Below are positions 1-10,584 of a DNA stretch of 64,000 nucleotides, one piece after another. Under the pieces are notes generated by a model. It saw nothing but the letters and a program-made list of their open reading frames with translations. It made no database searches and had not been told where the DNA came from. Position numbers and translations under genes: made by a program. Numbering within the stretch: the first letter of the stretch is position 1; every line of letters begins with the position of its first letter. Source of the DNA: a virus. The stretch lies in IMG/VR virus record IMGVR_UViG_3300024999_001421. The stretch is one strand, 5' to 3'.

Positions 1-301
1 TGTGACACATTTCAGTATTGTATTAGGTTAGACAATAAGGATATGGATATAAGGCATACATGCGGCGGTTTATGCGAAGATGGATACGGATTAATCGTGT
101 TGCCTAGACATTTAACCTTAATCACCAACAAAACAGCATGAACACACAAGAATATTCAGACTTAGCCAGAATAACCGCATCATGGGCGCATGGTATTCGC
201 AATGGACAAGCAGTATTAGTCGCAGAAACACTTGAAAGAGTGTCGGCGTATTGCTTGGAGCAGTCGAGTGCGCCTGATGAATATATGAGGGAGTCCTTCA
301 G

Positions 302-478
302 ATGTCCGTGTGTGAACGCTGTGGAAGTGAGTTGGTGGAAGTTGCTGTCCCCAGTACCAATATGGAGGTTGTTGCAGGGTTTTTGGTTGAAAGAGAAACG
401 CAAGACTACCGCCTGATTTGTCCGAATTTGGATTGTTATGATGTGATGGAGAGTGAACCGGACGTAATACCATTTTGA
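302..478 (+). CDS. small Zn-ribbon-like protein (58 aa, not in ORF track)
   Basis: MSVCERCGSELVEV...CPNLDC...PF*, GAGGGAG RBS upstream, ends just before RBS of next gene. Confidence 0.6.
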   Translation: MSVCERCGSELVEVAVPSTNMEVVAGFLVERETQDYRLICPNLDCYDVMESEPDVIPF

Positions 479-490
479 GGAGGATTAACT

Positions 491-1036
491 TTGAGAGAGA
501 AATTTGACGCACTATTCGCGGAAATTAAAAGACCGGGGAAAGATGATTTACTCACGTATTTGGAAAACAATAGCTATTTTACCTGTCCTAGTTCAAGCCA
601 ATACCACGGCGCAGAGGAAGCAGGAAACTTTAAGCATAGCATTATCGTTACCGAAACAGCATTAAAACTTAGAGATACATTAGCACCGGAGTTGCCGAGA
701 GAATCAGTTATTATTGCCGGACTGTTTCATGACTTAGGTAAAGCGCAGTTTTTAGATAAACCTAACTATATACCGAATCTATTAAAGAGTGGCAAAATGT
801 CCGACAGTAAACCCTATATGACCAATCCAGACAGGTTGCCGATACCGCACCAAACAGTATCAGCGTTGATTTTAAGTAAGTTTATCGACTTAACTGAGGA
901 TGAATATTATGCGGTGCTTTATCACAATGCACTATATACGCCAGATGGAAGGGTAATACAGGGCAGGGAAACCCCACTGTTAATGCTTACCCATTGGGCC
1001 GATATGTGGGCTAGTAGGTTTTTAGAAAATAGATAG
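491..1036 (+). CDS. HD-domain phosphohydrolase
   Basis: YHG...HS...GLFHDLGK...H...HN...WAD HD motif; AGGAGG RBS. Confidence 0.85.
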   Translation: MREKFDALFAEIKRPGKDDLLTYLENNSYFTCPSSSQYHGAEEAGNFKHSIIVTETALKLRDTLAPELPRESVIIAGLFHDLGKAQFLDKPNYIPNLLKSGKMSDSKPYMTNPDRLPIPHQTVSALILSKFIDLTEDEYYAVLYHNALYTPDGRVIQGRETPLLMLTHWADMWASRFLENR

Positions 1037-1052
1037 CGAGGTGATGTTTTAA

Positions 1053-1994
1053 ATGGCAGATAACGCCTTAGAAATGATTATCCCTAGGACAAACGAAAAC
1101 ATTCAGACAGCGCAGCAATTTCAATACAACCAAGACCAAATCAATACTATTAGGGAAACGGTTGCTAAGGGTGCAACAGACACGGAACTTAAAATGTTCC
1201 TGCACCTTTGCCAAAAATACAATCTCGATCCTTTTCTCAAGGAAATATGGTTCGTTAAACGTGCTAAAAAAACCAAGGATAAAAACGGCAATTGGGACTA
1301 TCGGAGATTACCGGACGGAAATATAGACTATACCGGCGCTGAAACTATGATAATGACCAGTCGAGACGGCTATCTAAGAGTGGCTCAGGACGATATTAAC
1401 TTCAACGGAATTAAATCCTTCACAGTTAAAGAAGGTGACGTTTTTGAGGTTGACGCACAAACAGATCAGATTGTTCATAAGTTCGGACTTAAACGTGGTC
1501 GCATATTAGGCGCATGGTCAGCGGTTTATCATAAGCAACGCAGACCAGTAATATGTTTCGCTGAGTTCTCCGAGTATAACGATGATAAGTCAACAACATG
1601 GAAAAAATACCCATCCGCTATGATTATGAAAGTAGCAGAAGTATTTGCACTAAAACGTCAATTCGGTATCAGCGGATTAACTACCCAGGAAGAATTGACG
1701 GCAGTAGCGGAGCAGGAAAATATCATTGAAATATCGCACGAAAAACCTATTGAGATTACGGGAACCGCGGAAACGCCGCAACCAGTCAATTGGCCAGCAT
1801 TTTGGGCAGGAGTCAAGTCAAAGCTTGGTTATAGCGAAGATGATGTTCATGGTATTGCCAGTGCTATGCGCAAAACACAGATTACCAGTCTTTCGGATTG
1901 GTCGCGCGAAGAAGTGTCTGAGTTAATGGAAAAACTTAAACAGGTATATGCAGAGGATCAGATAAAACTTAAAGAAATGGAAGGGGATAAATAA
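1053..1994 (+). CDS. bet: phage recombinase, RecT/Bet family single-strand annealing protein
   Basis: GATDTELKMFLHLCQKYNLDPFLKEIWFVK, SRDGY, WKKYPSAMIMKVAEVFALKRQF. Confidence 0.9.
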   Translation: MADNALEMIIPRTNENIQTAQQFQYNQDQINTIRETVAKGATDTELKMFLHLCQKYNLDPFLKEIWFVKRAKKTKDKNGNWDYRRLPDGNIDYTGAETMIMTSRDGYLRVAQDDINFNGIKSFTVKEGDVFEVDAQTDQIVHKFGLKRGRILGAWSAVYHKQRRPVICFAEFSEYNDDKSTTWKKYPSAMIMKVAEVFALKRQFGISGLTTQEELTAVAEQENIIEISHEKPIEITGTAETPQPVNWPAFWAGVKSKLGYSEDDVHGIASAMRKTQITSLSDWSREEVSELMEKLKQVYAEDQIKLKEMEGDK

Positions 1995-3392
1995 ATGCAA
2001 ATAGTAGGATTGCAAGTTGAAAATTTCAAGAGAATCAAGGCAGTCGAGATTATACCGCAGGGCAATACGGTTATTATCTCAGGAGCAAATGGTCAGGGCA
2101 AAACATCTATCTTAGACGCTATTTGGGCGGCATTAGGAGGTGCTAAAGCTGATAAAGCGCAGGGAACCATTGAACCAATTCACGGCAACGAGAAAAGAGC
2201 AGTCATATCGGTTGACCTGGGAGATATTAAAGTTACTCGCAAATGGACAAGCAATGATAAATCAACCTTGGTGGTGGAAAATCAGCAGGGCGCGAAGTTT
2301 AAAAGTCCCCAGGCAATGCTGGATAAATTGGTCGGTAGTTTATCTTTTGACCCGTTGGCGTTCTCTCAAATGGAGGACAAGCAACAGGTTGAAACATTAA
2401 CTGGATTGGTCAAGTTTTCGATTGACCCGAAGGAACTTGATAGGCAGAAGAAAGAACTGTTTGACGAGAGAACCATTATTAACCGCATGGTTAGTCAGAA
2501 CAAGGCAAAACTTGATGGTTTGCCAGTGCCGGACGAGGATACACCTACAGAGGAATTGTTTGTCAGTGAAATATTAGAGCAGATTCAGACTGCTAGTGAG
2601 ACTTTGACCGCTAACAATGTCAAAAGATCTGATTTACAAAAACTTGGTCAGCAAATGAACGGTCACAAGGCAGAGATAAAATCTTTCAATGATCAGATTG
2701 ATGGACTGAATGAGCAAATTACCAGACTCGGCAAAAGGATTGACGATGAACAGGTAAAACTTAACGAAGTCATAGAGAAGGGAAAAGCGTTGCAGGCAGA
2801 AGTTAAGGACTTGATTGACCCAGACAAAACCGGACTGCAACAGCAAATGACAGACATTGAGAAAAACAATAAGGCATACAGAAGTGCCACTGAATACCGT
2901 GAGGTAGAGCAGAAATTTAAAACCTCACAGGAAGAAAGTCAAGCGTTCACCAATAAGATACAGGCAATTGAACGGCAGAAAGAAACCATGCTTAAAGAAG
3001 CAAAATTCCCGATTGATGGTTTAGGGTTCAATGAGCAGGGTGTTACTTTTAATAGTATTCCGTTTAAACAGTGTTCCAGTGCTGAAAGACTCAAAGTTTC
3101 ACTTGCCATGGCAATGGCGTTAAATCCTGAGTTGAAAGTTATCCGCATAACCAACGGCAACCTGCTTGACAGTAGTAATATGGCCGTAGTTGAGCAAATG
3201 GCGAAAGATAATGACTATCAGATTTGGCTTGAAATGGTTGACGAAAGCGGCAAGATGGGGATTTATATTGAGGATGGGGAAGTAGTCACGATGCCGACAA
3301 TTGCCGCAGTCAAAGCAGAACCGGAGCAGGCCAATAAAGTTAAAACGGTAGACGAGGTACTTGCTTCACTAGACGAAGATGTTCTTTTTTAA
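1995..3392 (+). CDS. SMC/Rad50-like ABC-type ATPase with coiled coil
   Basis: VENFKRIK, Walker A GANGQGKTS, long coiled coil, degenerate signature CSSAE. Confidence 0.85.
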   Translation: MQIVGLQVENFKRIKAVEIIPQGNTVIISGANGQGKTSILDAIWAALGGAKADKAQGTIEPIHGNEKRAVISVDLGDIKVTRKWTSNDKSTLVVENQQGAKFKSPQAMLDKLVGSLSFDPLAFSQMEDKQQVETLTGLVKFSIDPKELDRQKKELFDERTIINRMVSQNKAKLDGLPVPDEDTPTEELFVSEILEQIQTASETLTANNVKRSDLQKLGQQMNGHKAEIKSFNDQIDGLNEQITRLGKRIDDEQVKLNEVIEKGKALQAEVKDLIDPDKTGLQQQMTDIEKNNKAYRSATEYREVEQKFKTSQEESQAFTNKIQAIERQKETMLKEAKFPIDGLGFNEQGVTFNSIPFKQCSSAERLKVSLAMAMALNPELKVIRITNGNLLDSSNMAVVEQMAKDNDYQIWLEMVDESGKMGIYIEDGEVVTMPTIAAVKAEPEQANKVKTVDEVLASLDEDVLF

Positions 3393-3596
3393 ATAAACTA
3401 CTACAAGGAGGCAGAACATGGATAATCCCTACGAAAATGGTTTTCGCGCCGGTTATTTGGGCAGACCTAAACTGCCTCCCAGCGGTAAGCACGAAAATAA
3501 AATTTACTGCACCGGATACCGTGATGGGCGTATATCGGCTAATAGAAATGCCGTGGTTGCCCGGTGGGTACAGGGTGCAGCGAGAGGGAGAGCGAT

Positions 3597-3989
3597 ATGA
3601 TGCAAGAAGGGGAGTTCTGTTTTTCGCTAACCGATTCAGAGCAAAGTTACCATTCCTCATTTAAAACCAAAGAGGAGGCGATAGTTGAGGGTAAGAACGA
3701 AGCAAAATTCTATAAAAAGGATAAATTTTATGTAGGCGAAATAAAGACAGTTGCGCTTCCGTGTGTTGACGTGGATTATATTCTTGATAATTGCACCGAA
3801 AGCATGATAGAGGAATATGGCGAGGTAGCAGAAAGTTACCTTTGTTGTTTGCCGCAAGAAGATAGAGACAGTTTACAGAATAAACTTGACGATGTTTTTC
3901 ATAAGTGGTTAATAGATAATAACCATGTTCCTGATTTTTTTGCTGTTAAGAATGTCGAGGAAGTAAAGATCGGGCAGGGGGACGATTGA
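3597..3989 (+). CDS. hypothetical phage protein
   Basis: ORF with RBS, overlaps neighbours in operon. Confidence 0.6.
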   Translation: MMQEGEFCFSLTDSEQSYHSSFKTKEEAIVEGKNEAKFYKKDKFYVGEIKTVALPCVDVDYILDNCTESMIEEYGEVAESYLCCLPQEDRDSLQNKLDDVFHKWLIDNNHVPDFFAVKNVEEVKIGQGDD

Positions 3990-4298
3990 TGCCATACGTA
4001 ACAGTAGAGGTTGAAAGCGGCAGGTTAACCCTACTTGGCGGCGACGAGGCAATGAGGGATGTTATCGAACAATACAGTCCTATCGAAAGAGCGTTTAGAT
4101 TGGTATTCGAGGACTCGTACCGCTATCCCGATGGAACTCATCTAAACGTATACGGCAACGTTCGCGGCAGAGGATTGGACGAGCATATACTTTGGTCTGA
4201 TGTGGAGGTAGCTAACTAGCTACAGAATGACAGCAAACAGCACTCATGGCGTTGTATAGACGAGTAAATGTATTTTAGGTATAAACGGAGGTTAGACA

Positions 4299-4580
4299 AT
4301 GCAAGTAGAGATTAACGACGATTACAGAATATCAACTGATCCGCATAATTATATTTTAGAAACGAAACGCATTGCCGGAAAAAAATCAGCAGAACCGGGC
4401 AGGGTTATGTGGGATGCGGTTGGGTTTTATTCTTCGCTGGGCGGGGCAATAAATGGATGCCTGTCTTGGAGTATTAAAACGGAGGATTTAAAGAGCGTAC
4501 AGGAGATTAAAAACCATTTAGATACTTTAGGTGCTGAAATCCTAAAAAGCCTTCAAAAACACTTTGAGGGGGTTAAGTAG
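4299..4580 (+). CDS. DUF5405-like phage protein
   Basis: EINDDYRISTDPHNYIL...W...GFYSSL pattern. Confidence 0.55.
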   Translation: MQVEINDDYRISTDPHNYILETKRIAGKKSAEPGRVMWDAVGFYSSLGGAINGCLSWSIKTEDLKSVQEIKNHLDTLGAEILKSLQKHFEGVK

Positions 4581-4764
4581 TGAGAGATTTAGAGCGAGCA
4601 ATTGCGGCAGAGGCAGAGGTTGAGAGGTTGCGGAAAGTCTTAGAGGGAGTCTTGGACGGCTCAGTAAATTCTATGGACATACACGAGGCACTTGATGGGT
4701 GTAAATAGTTTTACCCTAACCTACTGCATCCGGTAGGCAGAAACTTTTGACGGGAGGTAATCAA

Positions 4765-4920
4765 ATGTCCGAAGCAGAAAAACAAGAGTTGTTAACGCAG
4801 ATAGAAGCAGGGCAACAAAAGATGTATGCCGCCGTGACTGATTTTGACCTGACTGCTACTGATGTTATACAAGCTTCGCAGGAGTTGGACAAGCTTATTT
4901 TGCAGTATATGAGGGGTTGA
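4765..4920 (+). CDS. Spo0E-family aspartyl-phosphate phosphatase (51 aa, not in ORF track)
   Basis: MSEAEKQELLTQIEAGQQKMYAAVTDFDLTATDVIQASQELDKLILQYMRG: exact SQELD signature, GGGAGG RBS. Confidence 0.85.
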   Translation: MSEAEKQELLTQIEAGQQKMYAAVTDFDLTATDVIQASQELDKLILQYMRG

Positions 4921-5594
4921 GCATGGATATTTTACGACGCATTGATGTTGCTTTATTGCGAATGAAGCAGGTCGGACACGAAAACACAATACATTACAAA
5001 AATTTAGAAAATAAGCGTATATTGGCTGCTTTTGGAAAAGGTAGGGTTATTGACGTAACAGAGGAAACTATTGGGGCAGTAGGTGGATTACTTGCAAGAA
5101 TTAGCATAGCCCACAGAATGGATAAGTTTAATATTGATTTTTAGGGTGGTTGAGTATGGACATAACAAATCCCTATAAGACGATGGATATGTCAGGCATT
5201 GATTATATGATAGATTGGCCTGAACGTGTCGTTTATGTTGATGACTTACAGAAGTTAGCTGAACATTTAGGCACTAATTGGTCGCCGTTGGCCGCGGAAG
5301 TTGAATGGCGAGGGTGGACTTGGAGGAATTTGAGATGAGATTGAATTTATCGGGGGGGGGTGCTGGCAGTAACTAAGGATAAATGTCCGAAGTGCGGTTG
5401 TCGGTCGGTACAGGAAATACCGTCTAAGACTTTTGTCTATAAACTATGTCAGCATTGCAGGCATAAGTGGAGGCAGGGTTATGGGTTTTCGCTCAGAGAA
5501 GCAAATGATCGATATCATTAATGCTACTTTTGGCCTTAACCGTGTCGTTACCGGGTTGGTTATTAGCTAGTTAGCGGCAAAGGAGCAACCGCCT

Positions 5595-5771
5595 TTATTG
5601 CCGGGGTTGCTCCTGGGACTTGTGAGAGAGGGCGTATTCAATGAGGTTACGGACTGCTTCGGCGGTTGGAGGTACTTTGTCTAAGGTTTTGCGGTATTCT
5701 TCGATTTGATTAAGTAGTCTTTGGCTGATGGCAAAATTAAACCTTTTATCGTTCTTCTCTTTATGACACAA
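5595..5771 (-). CDS. ribbon-helix-helix (CopG/Arc-like) regulator (58 aa, not in ORF track)
   Basis: KRFNFAISQRLLNQIEEYRK...PPTAEAVRNLIEYAL; TTG start, no clear RBS. Confidence 0.55.
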   Translation of the reverse strand: MCHKEKNDKRFNFAISQRLLNQIEEYRKTLDKVPPTAEAVRNLIEYALSHKSQEQPRQ

Positions 5772-6036
5772 TTATAAGGGGGTATAGGTTATCACTTGGG
5801 ATCAAATAGTGTCGATTGAACCGAGATTGAAGGTGCTTGCGTCGCGTGCCAGATTTGATGCAAATAAGGATATTCGCGATAAAACTAAGTTATGGTATTC
5901 ATTTTATAAGCCGGAATTATCAAAGTTAGTTGGCTTTCAGAGTACAAACAAAGAACTCCAATTGCCGATAATTTTTGAAATAGCATCATGGAAAATTTGT
6001 GAGTTATTGCGGTACTAAAGGGGGGCGGTTGCCCTG

Positions 6037-6786
6037 TTGAGGGGGTGGTTTAAAGTGAATCGCGACATAATAAAGAGGGCCATTTTTGACGATGCGGAAT
6101 TACTGAGACTTTATATATACCTCCAAGCAGATGCCTATTATGAACCGTACGAAAAATTAATTGACGGTGAAGTAGTGCAACTGGTTCCTGGGCAGGGTAC
6201 GTTTGGCACAAGGCAATTGGCTGGAACATTAAACACTAACCATTCCACTACATACAAAAGACTTAAAAAATTAGAAAAGTTAGGGTTTATAAAAATAGAA
6301 TCTTATAGGGAAATGTCGGTGTTTACCCTGCTTGAAATGGAAATAGAAAAAGTTGAAAAAGTAAACGCTGATGAAACAGATACAGGTCAGGAAACACAAG
6401 GCTTACAGGACTTGCCGGAAGAAGAAAGTAAACAATGCGGAAATGAAAAGGAAACACAAAGTAAAACACTTAAAGAAGGTAGAAGTAATAAAGAAAATAT
6501 ATATACATCAGAATTTGAATTATGGTGGGAAGGTTATCCTAAAAAAGCAGGTAAAGCAGATGCAAGAAAGGCATGGGCGAAATTAAGGAAGTCGGGTAAG
6601 ACTGTTGAAGAAATTACTTTGTATCGAGATAGATATATTACCAAGATACAAGAAGGTAAGACGGAAAAACAATTTATTCTTAATGGCAGCACTTTTTTGA
6701 ATGGTAGATGGGAAGATCACAAAGAAGATAAACCGGAGCAGTCAGCAGTAGAAAGAATCTTAGGTGGAAGGAAATTTATTAAATGA
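6037..6786 (+). CDS. phage replication initiator (wHTH + C-terminal DnaD-like domain)
   Basis: GWFKVNR N-terminus, HTH, FELWWEGYPKKAGK...TFLNGRWED; directly upstream of primase-helicase. Confidence 0.75.
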   Translation: MRGWFKVNRDIIKRAIFDDAELLRLYIYLQADAYYEPYEKLIDGEVVQLVPGQGTFGTRQLAGTLNTNHSTTYKRLKKLEKLGFIKIESYREMSVFTLLEMEIEKVEKVNADETDTGQETQGLQDLPEEESKQCGNEKETQSKTLKEGRSNKENIYTSEFELWWEGYPKKAGKADARKAWAKLRKSGKTVEEITLYRDRYITKIQEGKTEKQFILNGSTFLNGRWEDHKEDKPEQSAVERILGGRKFIK

Positions 6787-8525
6787 CACCTACTGATTTT
6801 GCGGAAAAATATTTTAGGGATTACCGGATAAAGGGAAATGAGATAGTACCAACATATTGCCCATTTTGTCAAGGCGGAAAAAGTCACGATAAGCATACAT
6901 TTGCCATGAACGCTGAAACTGGTACATTTAACTGTAAGCGTGGTAGTTGTGCATCTAGTGGTACATTTAATCAACTACTCAAAGAATTTGGGGAAAAAAC
7001 AGTGAACCAAAAAAACTATGAGATTAAGCAAAGGCCAAGAGTAAACTACAAAATACCGGAAACTGAGATAGTACCGATTAGCCAGGCAGAGAAGTATTTA
7101 AAGAGCAGAAAAATATCTAAGGCAACATGGGAAAGTCGTGGGGTAGGGGAAGATGCCAAGGGCAATATTGTTTTCCCTTATTTTGAAGGCGGCAAATTGG
7201 TACTGGTAAAGTTTCGCCCCAGTCACAAAGTTAAACCGGACGAAAAGAAGGGTTGGCGTGAGACTGGCGGTAAACCTGTATTTTGGGGCATGGATTTGTG
7301 TAATACCGAAAAACCGCTGGTTATAGTTGAGGGTGAAATTGATGCACTTTCGCTAGATGAGGCAGGTATACCGAATGTAGTAAGCGTTCCGTCAGGATCG
7401 AACGACTTAAACTGCGTTGACCTGTGTTGGGACTGGTTGAGTCAATTTAAGAAAGTTGTAATATGGGTAGATAAAGACGAACCGGGGCAGGAGTTGCAAC
7501 GTAATCTAATTAATCGACTAGGTGCTTGGCGTTGTAGTATAGTTGACCATGTAGGGCGTAAAGATGCAAATGAGGTTTTATTTTACGAAGGACCGGAAGC
7601 GTTGAGAAGTTATTTCAGGAAAGCGGTTGAAGTTCCAATAACCGGACTTGTTAGGGTTTCGGAAATTGCAATGTTTGACTACTCCAATACTACCAGGATA
7701 CCTTCGGGGATAAGAGGTATTGACGAAGCAATAGGCGGTTTTATGACTGGAGAAGTAAGTATATGGACCGGCAAGCGTGGTGGCGGTAAATCTACCGTAT
7801 TGGGACAAGTCCTGTTAGAAGCGATAAATAATAGATTTGTTGTTTGCTCATACTCAGGAGAATTAAAGCAGGCTATTTTTCGTTATTGGATTGACTTGCA
7901 AGCTGCCGGACCCGGTAATATGGAAATGAAATTTGACAAGATAAAAAACAAAGAGGTAGCACACCCTAAAAAAGAAGTTGCAAGTAAAATAAGAGAATGG
8001 TATAAAGACTACTTCTTCCTGATTGATAGTTATGGTTCAGTTACAGATAAAAGCCTTATTGAAACTTTTGAATATGCGGCAATGAGATACGGTTGTAAGG
8101 TATTTTCGATAGATAACCTTATGACTACAGAATTTACGAGCGAGGATAGGGACTTTTACCGCAAGCAATCTGAATTCGTGAAAAAGTTAATTGTCTTTGC
8201 TCAAAAGTACGATGCACATATTCACCTTGTAGCGCATCCAAGAAAATCTGATAATTCCGTATCTGGTACAGCAGACACAGAAAACAGAGCGGATAATATT
8301 TTCATAGTTAATCGGTTAAGCGACAAGGATAAATCAGATTTGGGCGTTGATACAGTTATAAACATAGATAAGAACCGTTTTAGCGGAACTCAGGACGTTT
8401 CGGTAGGACTTAATTTTATACCAGAGTGTAAGAGATTTTGCATGTTTGGAGAAAGTCCGAAACAGTTTGGTTGGGACGAACCAACAATTGCCGAAGTAGA
8501 ACAATTATTCGCAACCGAGGCATAA
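6783..8525 (+). CDS. Twinkle/T7 gp4-like primase-helicase
   Basis: Zn finger CPFC, TOPRIM IVEGEIDALS and VDKD, Walker A TGKRGGGKST, IDNL, LVAHPRK, KNR. Confidence 0.9.
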   Translation: MTPTDFAEKYFRDYRIKGNEIVPTYCPFCQGGKSHDKHTFAMNAETGTFNCKRGSCASSGTFNQLLKEFGEKTVNQKNYEIKQRPRVNYKIPETEIVPISQAEKYLKSRKISKATWESRGVGEDAKGNIVFPYFEGGKLVLVKFRPSHKVKPDEKKGWRETGGKPVFWGMDLCNTEKPLVIVEGEIDALSLDEAGIPNVVSVPSGSNDLNCVDLCWDWLSQFKKVVIWVDKDEPGQELQRNLINRLGAWRCSIVDHVGRKDANEVLFYEGPEALRSYFRKAVEVPITGLVRVSEIAMFDYSNTTRIPSGIRGIDEAIGGFMTGEVSIWTGKRGGGKSTVLGQVLLEAINNRFVVCSYSGELKQAIFRYWIDLQAAGPGNMEMKFDKIKNKEVAHPKKEVASKIREWYKDYFFLIDSYGSVTDKSLIETFEYAAMRYGCKVFSIDNLMTTEFTSEDRDFYRKQSEFVKKLIVFAQKYDAHIHLVAHPRKSDNSVSGTADTENRADNIFIVNRLSDKDKSDLGVDTVINIDKNRFSGTQDVSVGLNFIPECKRFCMFGESPKQFGWDEPTIAEVEQLFATEA

Positions 8526-8683
8526 CCACGCCCCGACCAACCGTAAGCGGTAGGAATATTCTGAATATAGGAGGATTGCTATGTTGGAAATAGGGCCGAA
8601 TTTATTAGATTTGATAAAGTCTATAGCTGGATTTGCTGCGCTTGTAGTGATATGCTGGATTATTTTTAAGTAGGAGGATTGTT

Positions 8684-9091
8684 ATGGAACCAGTAGTTAA
8701 ATATCATTGTCCGGTATGTGATAAAGAATACAGCACACCGGAAGAGGCGAAAAATTGTTTTGTGCCGCTAGGGGAGAGATTTAAGCAGGGAGACATAATT
8801 GTAATGGGATATATTAATAACCCCAAAAGGGTTATGTATCCCATAAGACCTGATGAAATGGGTATAACGGCAGAATTAATTGCTGAACATAGCATTGCTA
8901 CATGTCAACCGGTTAAGAAAGGTATAGATGCTAGGGGTTATTACGTGGGTTCTGGAATGTCTCTTTGCGGTGCCAAGAAGTATCCTCTCGGAGAAGCTAA
9001 AAAGTTAGTTAGCGACTTACGCCGCCGGTTGAAAAATGCCGAGAAGTTTTTGGAAATGGTGAAGAAAATGTATGAGGAGGTAAATAAGTGA
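8684..9091 (+). CDS. hypothetical protein with CxxC motif
   Basis: YHCPVCDKEY; AGGAGG RBS. Confidence 0.6.
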   Translation: MEPVVKYHCPVCDKEYSTPEEAKNCFVPLGERFKQGDIIVMGYINNPKRVMYPIRPDEMGITAELIAEHSIATCQPVKKGIDARGYYVGSGMSLCGAKKYPLGEAKKLVSDLRRRLKNAEKFLEMVKKMYEEVNK

Positions 9092-9492
9092 GTGAATTTA
9101 TCTGCATTAACTGCGGTCAGTGTTGCACTGTCGTCCCAATCTCAAATACGGACTGGGATAAGATTGTAACAGCAGCAGGAAATATGAACTTTGCCAACAT
9201 TGAACATCTTATGAAACAGAAAAGGGATAGTATGACCTGCATTTTCCGCGACACTTTTTATAATAAGTGTGCGATACATGAACACAGGCCGCTAATTTGC
9301 CGCTTACAAGGCACTCAGGAAGGATTACCTTGCCCGAATATGCCGAGATACGGTAAGGGTGATGATGGTAAAGTCGCTTTGTACCGTGAGTTTGGAGAGA
9401 AGAACGAATATTTTAAGGGAATTCTGAGTGACAGTATTGGCTGGAAAGAAATTTTGGAAGTTGTTAGAAGGAAGGAGGAAAACAATGCCTAG
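9088..9492 (+). CDS. YkgJ-family Zn/Fe-chelating (CxxCxxCC) protein
   Basis: CINCGQCC...CIF...CAIHEHRPLICR. Confidence 0.85.
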   Translation: MSEFICINCGQCCTVVPISNTDWDKIVTAAGNMNFANIEHLMKQKRDSMTCIFRDTFYNKCAIHEHRPLICRLQGTQEGLPCPNMPRYGKGDDGKVALYREFGEKNEYFKGILSDSIGWKEILEVVRRKEENNA

Positions 9493-9892
9493 ACCAACAG
9501 TATATTTAGCCGGAAAAATGTCCGGACTGAGCAAAGAAGAAATGTCCGAATGGAGAGAAAAGGCAGCGGAAGACCTAATTGAAGCAGGTTTTAACATACT
9601 TAATCCGGTAAATACCGACTTCGGAACCAATGTATCCGATAGCGAAATTATCCACAGTAACGACTTTCAGATTAGTCACAGCGATATCATTCTTGCTGAG
9701 CTGGATTATGATAATATCTCTATCGGTACAATTTGCGAGATTGTGGAAGCGAGAAGGCAGGGTAAACCAGTTATTGCATGGGGTACTGCCTACAACATCA
9801 TCAATCATCCGCATATCAGGGGCAGGATTACGCGGCACTTCGAGGATTTGGAAAATGCCGTTCAGTACATTATCGAAAACTATTATTTGTAG
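9485..9892 (+). CDS. nucleoside 2-deoxyribosyltransferase-like protein
   Basis: VYLAGKM, ILNP, D...SIGTICEI, KPVI. Confidence 0.85.
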   Translation: MPRPTVYLAGKMSGLSKEEMSEWREKAAEDLIEAGFNILNPVNTDFGTNVSDSEIIHSNDFQISHSDIILAELDYDNISIGTICEIVEARRQGKPVIAWGTAYNIINHPHIRGRITRHFEDLENAVQYIIENYYL

Positions 9893-10257
9893 GAGGTTAT
9901 GTATTGCTAGAATTATTTGACAAGGCATTGCTTTATACAACCGTATGTTTAACCTGCTTGCCGTGGATTGTCTTTATTATAATAGGCATTAGGGGCGGCA
10001 AGGTAACTGTTGAGTTTGGAAGGAAGAAGAAGGAGGACACCACAAATGCCCAAACAGAAACGTCATAGACAACCTAAGCTGAAAATCATCGTTGACCTGC
10101 CCAATGACGGCAACCGGAAATGGTACGACGAGAAGTACCGGAATATGTTCCGGGATCGCAGGGGAGTTTTGCTGCACGACTATAGGGACGGAATGTCGCC
10201 GGGGTATTGCGTGGCAGCGGTGGAGGTATTTAATTGATTAATGAAAGGAGATCTCCA

Positions 10258-10584
10258 ATGCAAAACAAAACCACAAAATTACTTTTGGCTCTAGGGGTAC
10301 CACCGGAAACATCCGGTTATCTATACGCAAGAGAAGCAATTCTGCTAACTATGAATACTCCGAACTCCGCGTACCGTTGGTGCGAAACCTACGACAAAGT
10401 AGGCGAAAAATTCAGCACAACCGGCAAGAGAGTTGAAAGATGTATCCGTCATGCTATTAAGAAAACTCAGGAAAACGGAACGGTAGAATATGCCGAAATG
10501 TTTCACGGGAACATAACTAAACCGCCTATCGTAAGTAGATTTCTAGCGACAGTTGCCGAGCACTTGAAAATGCAGGATAGTTAG
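10258..10584 (+). CDS. Spo0A C-terminal (DNA-binding) domain protein lacking receiver domain
   Basis: LLLALGVP...GYLYAREAI...Y.KVGEKFSTTGKRVERCIRHAI...KP...FLATVAEHL. Confidence 0.9.
   Translation: MQNKTTKLLLALGVPPETSGYLYAREAILLTMNTPNSAYRWCETYDKVGEKFSTTGKRVERCIRHAIKKTQENGTVEYAEMFHGNITKPPIVSRFLATVAEHLKMQDS

Noticed and set aside
274-320. Further hammerheads at CTGATGA (274) and CTGACGA (33581)
   Set aside because: No correctly placed GAAA/stem III/UH
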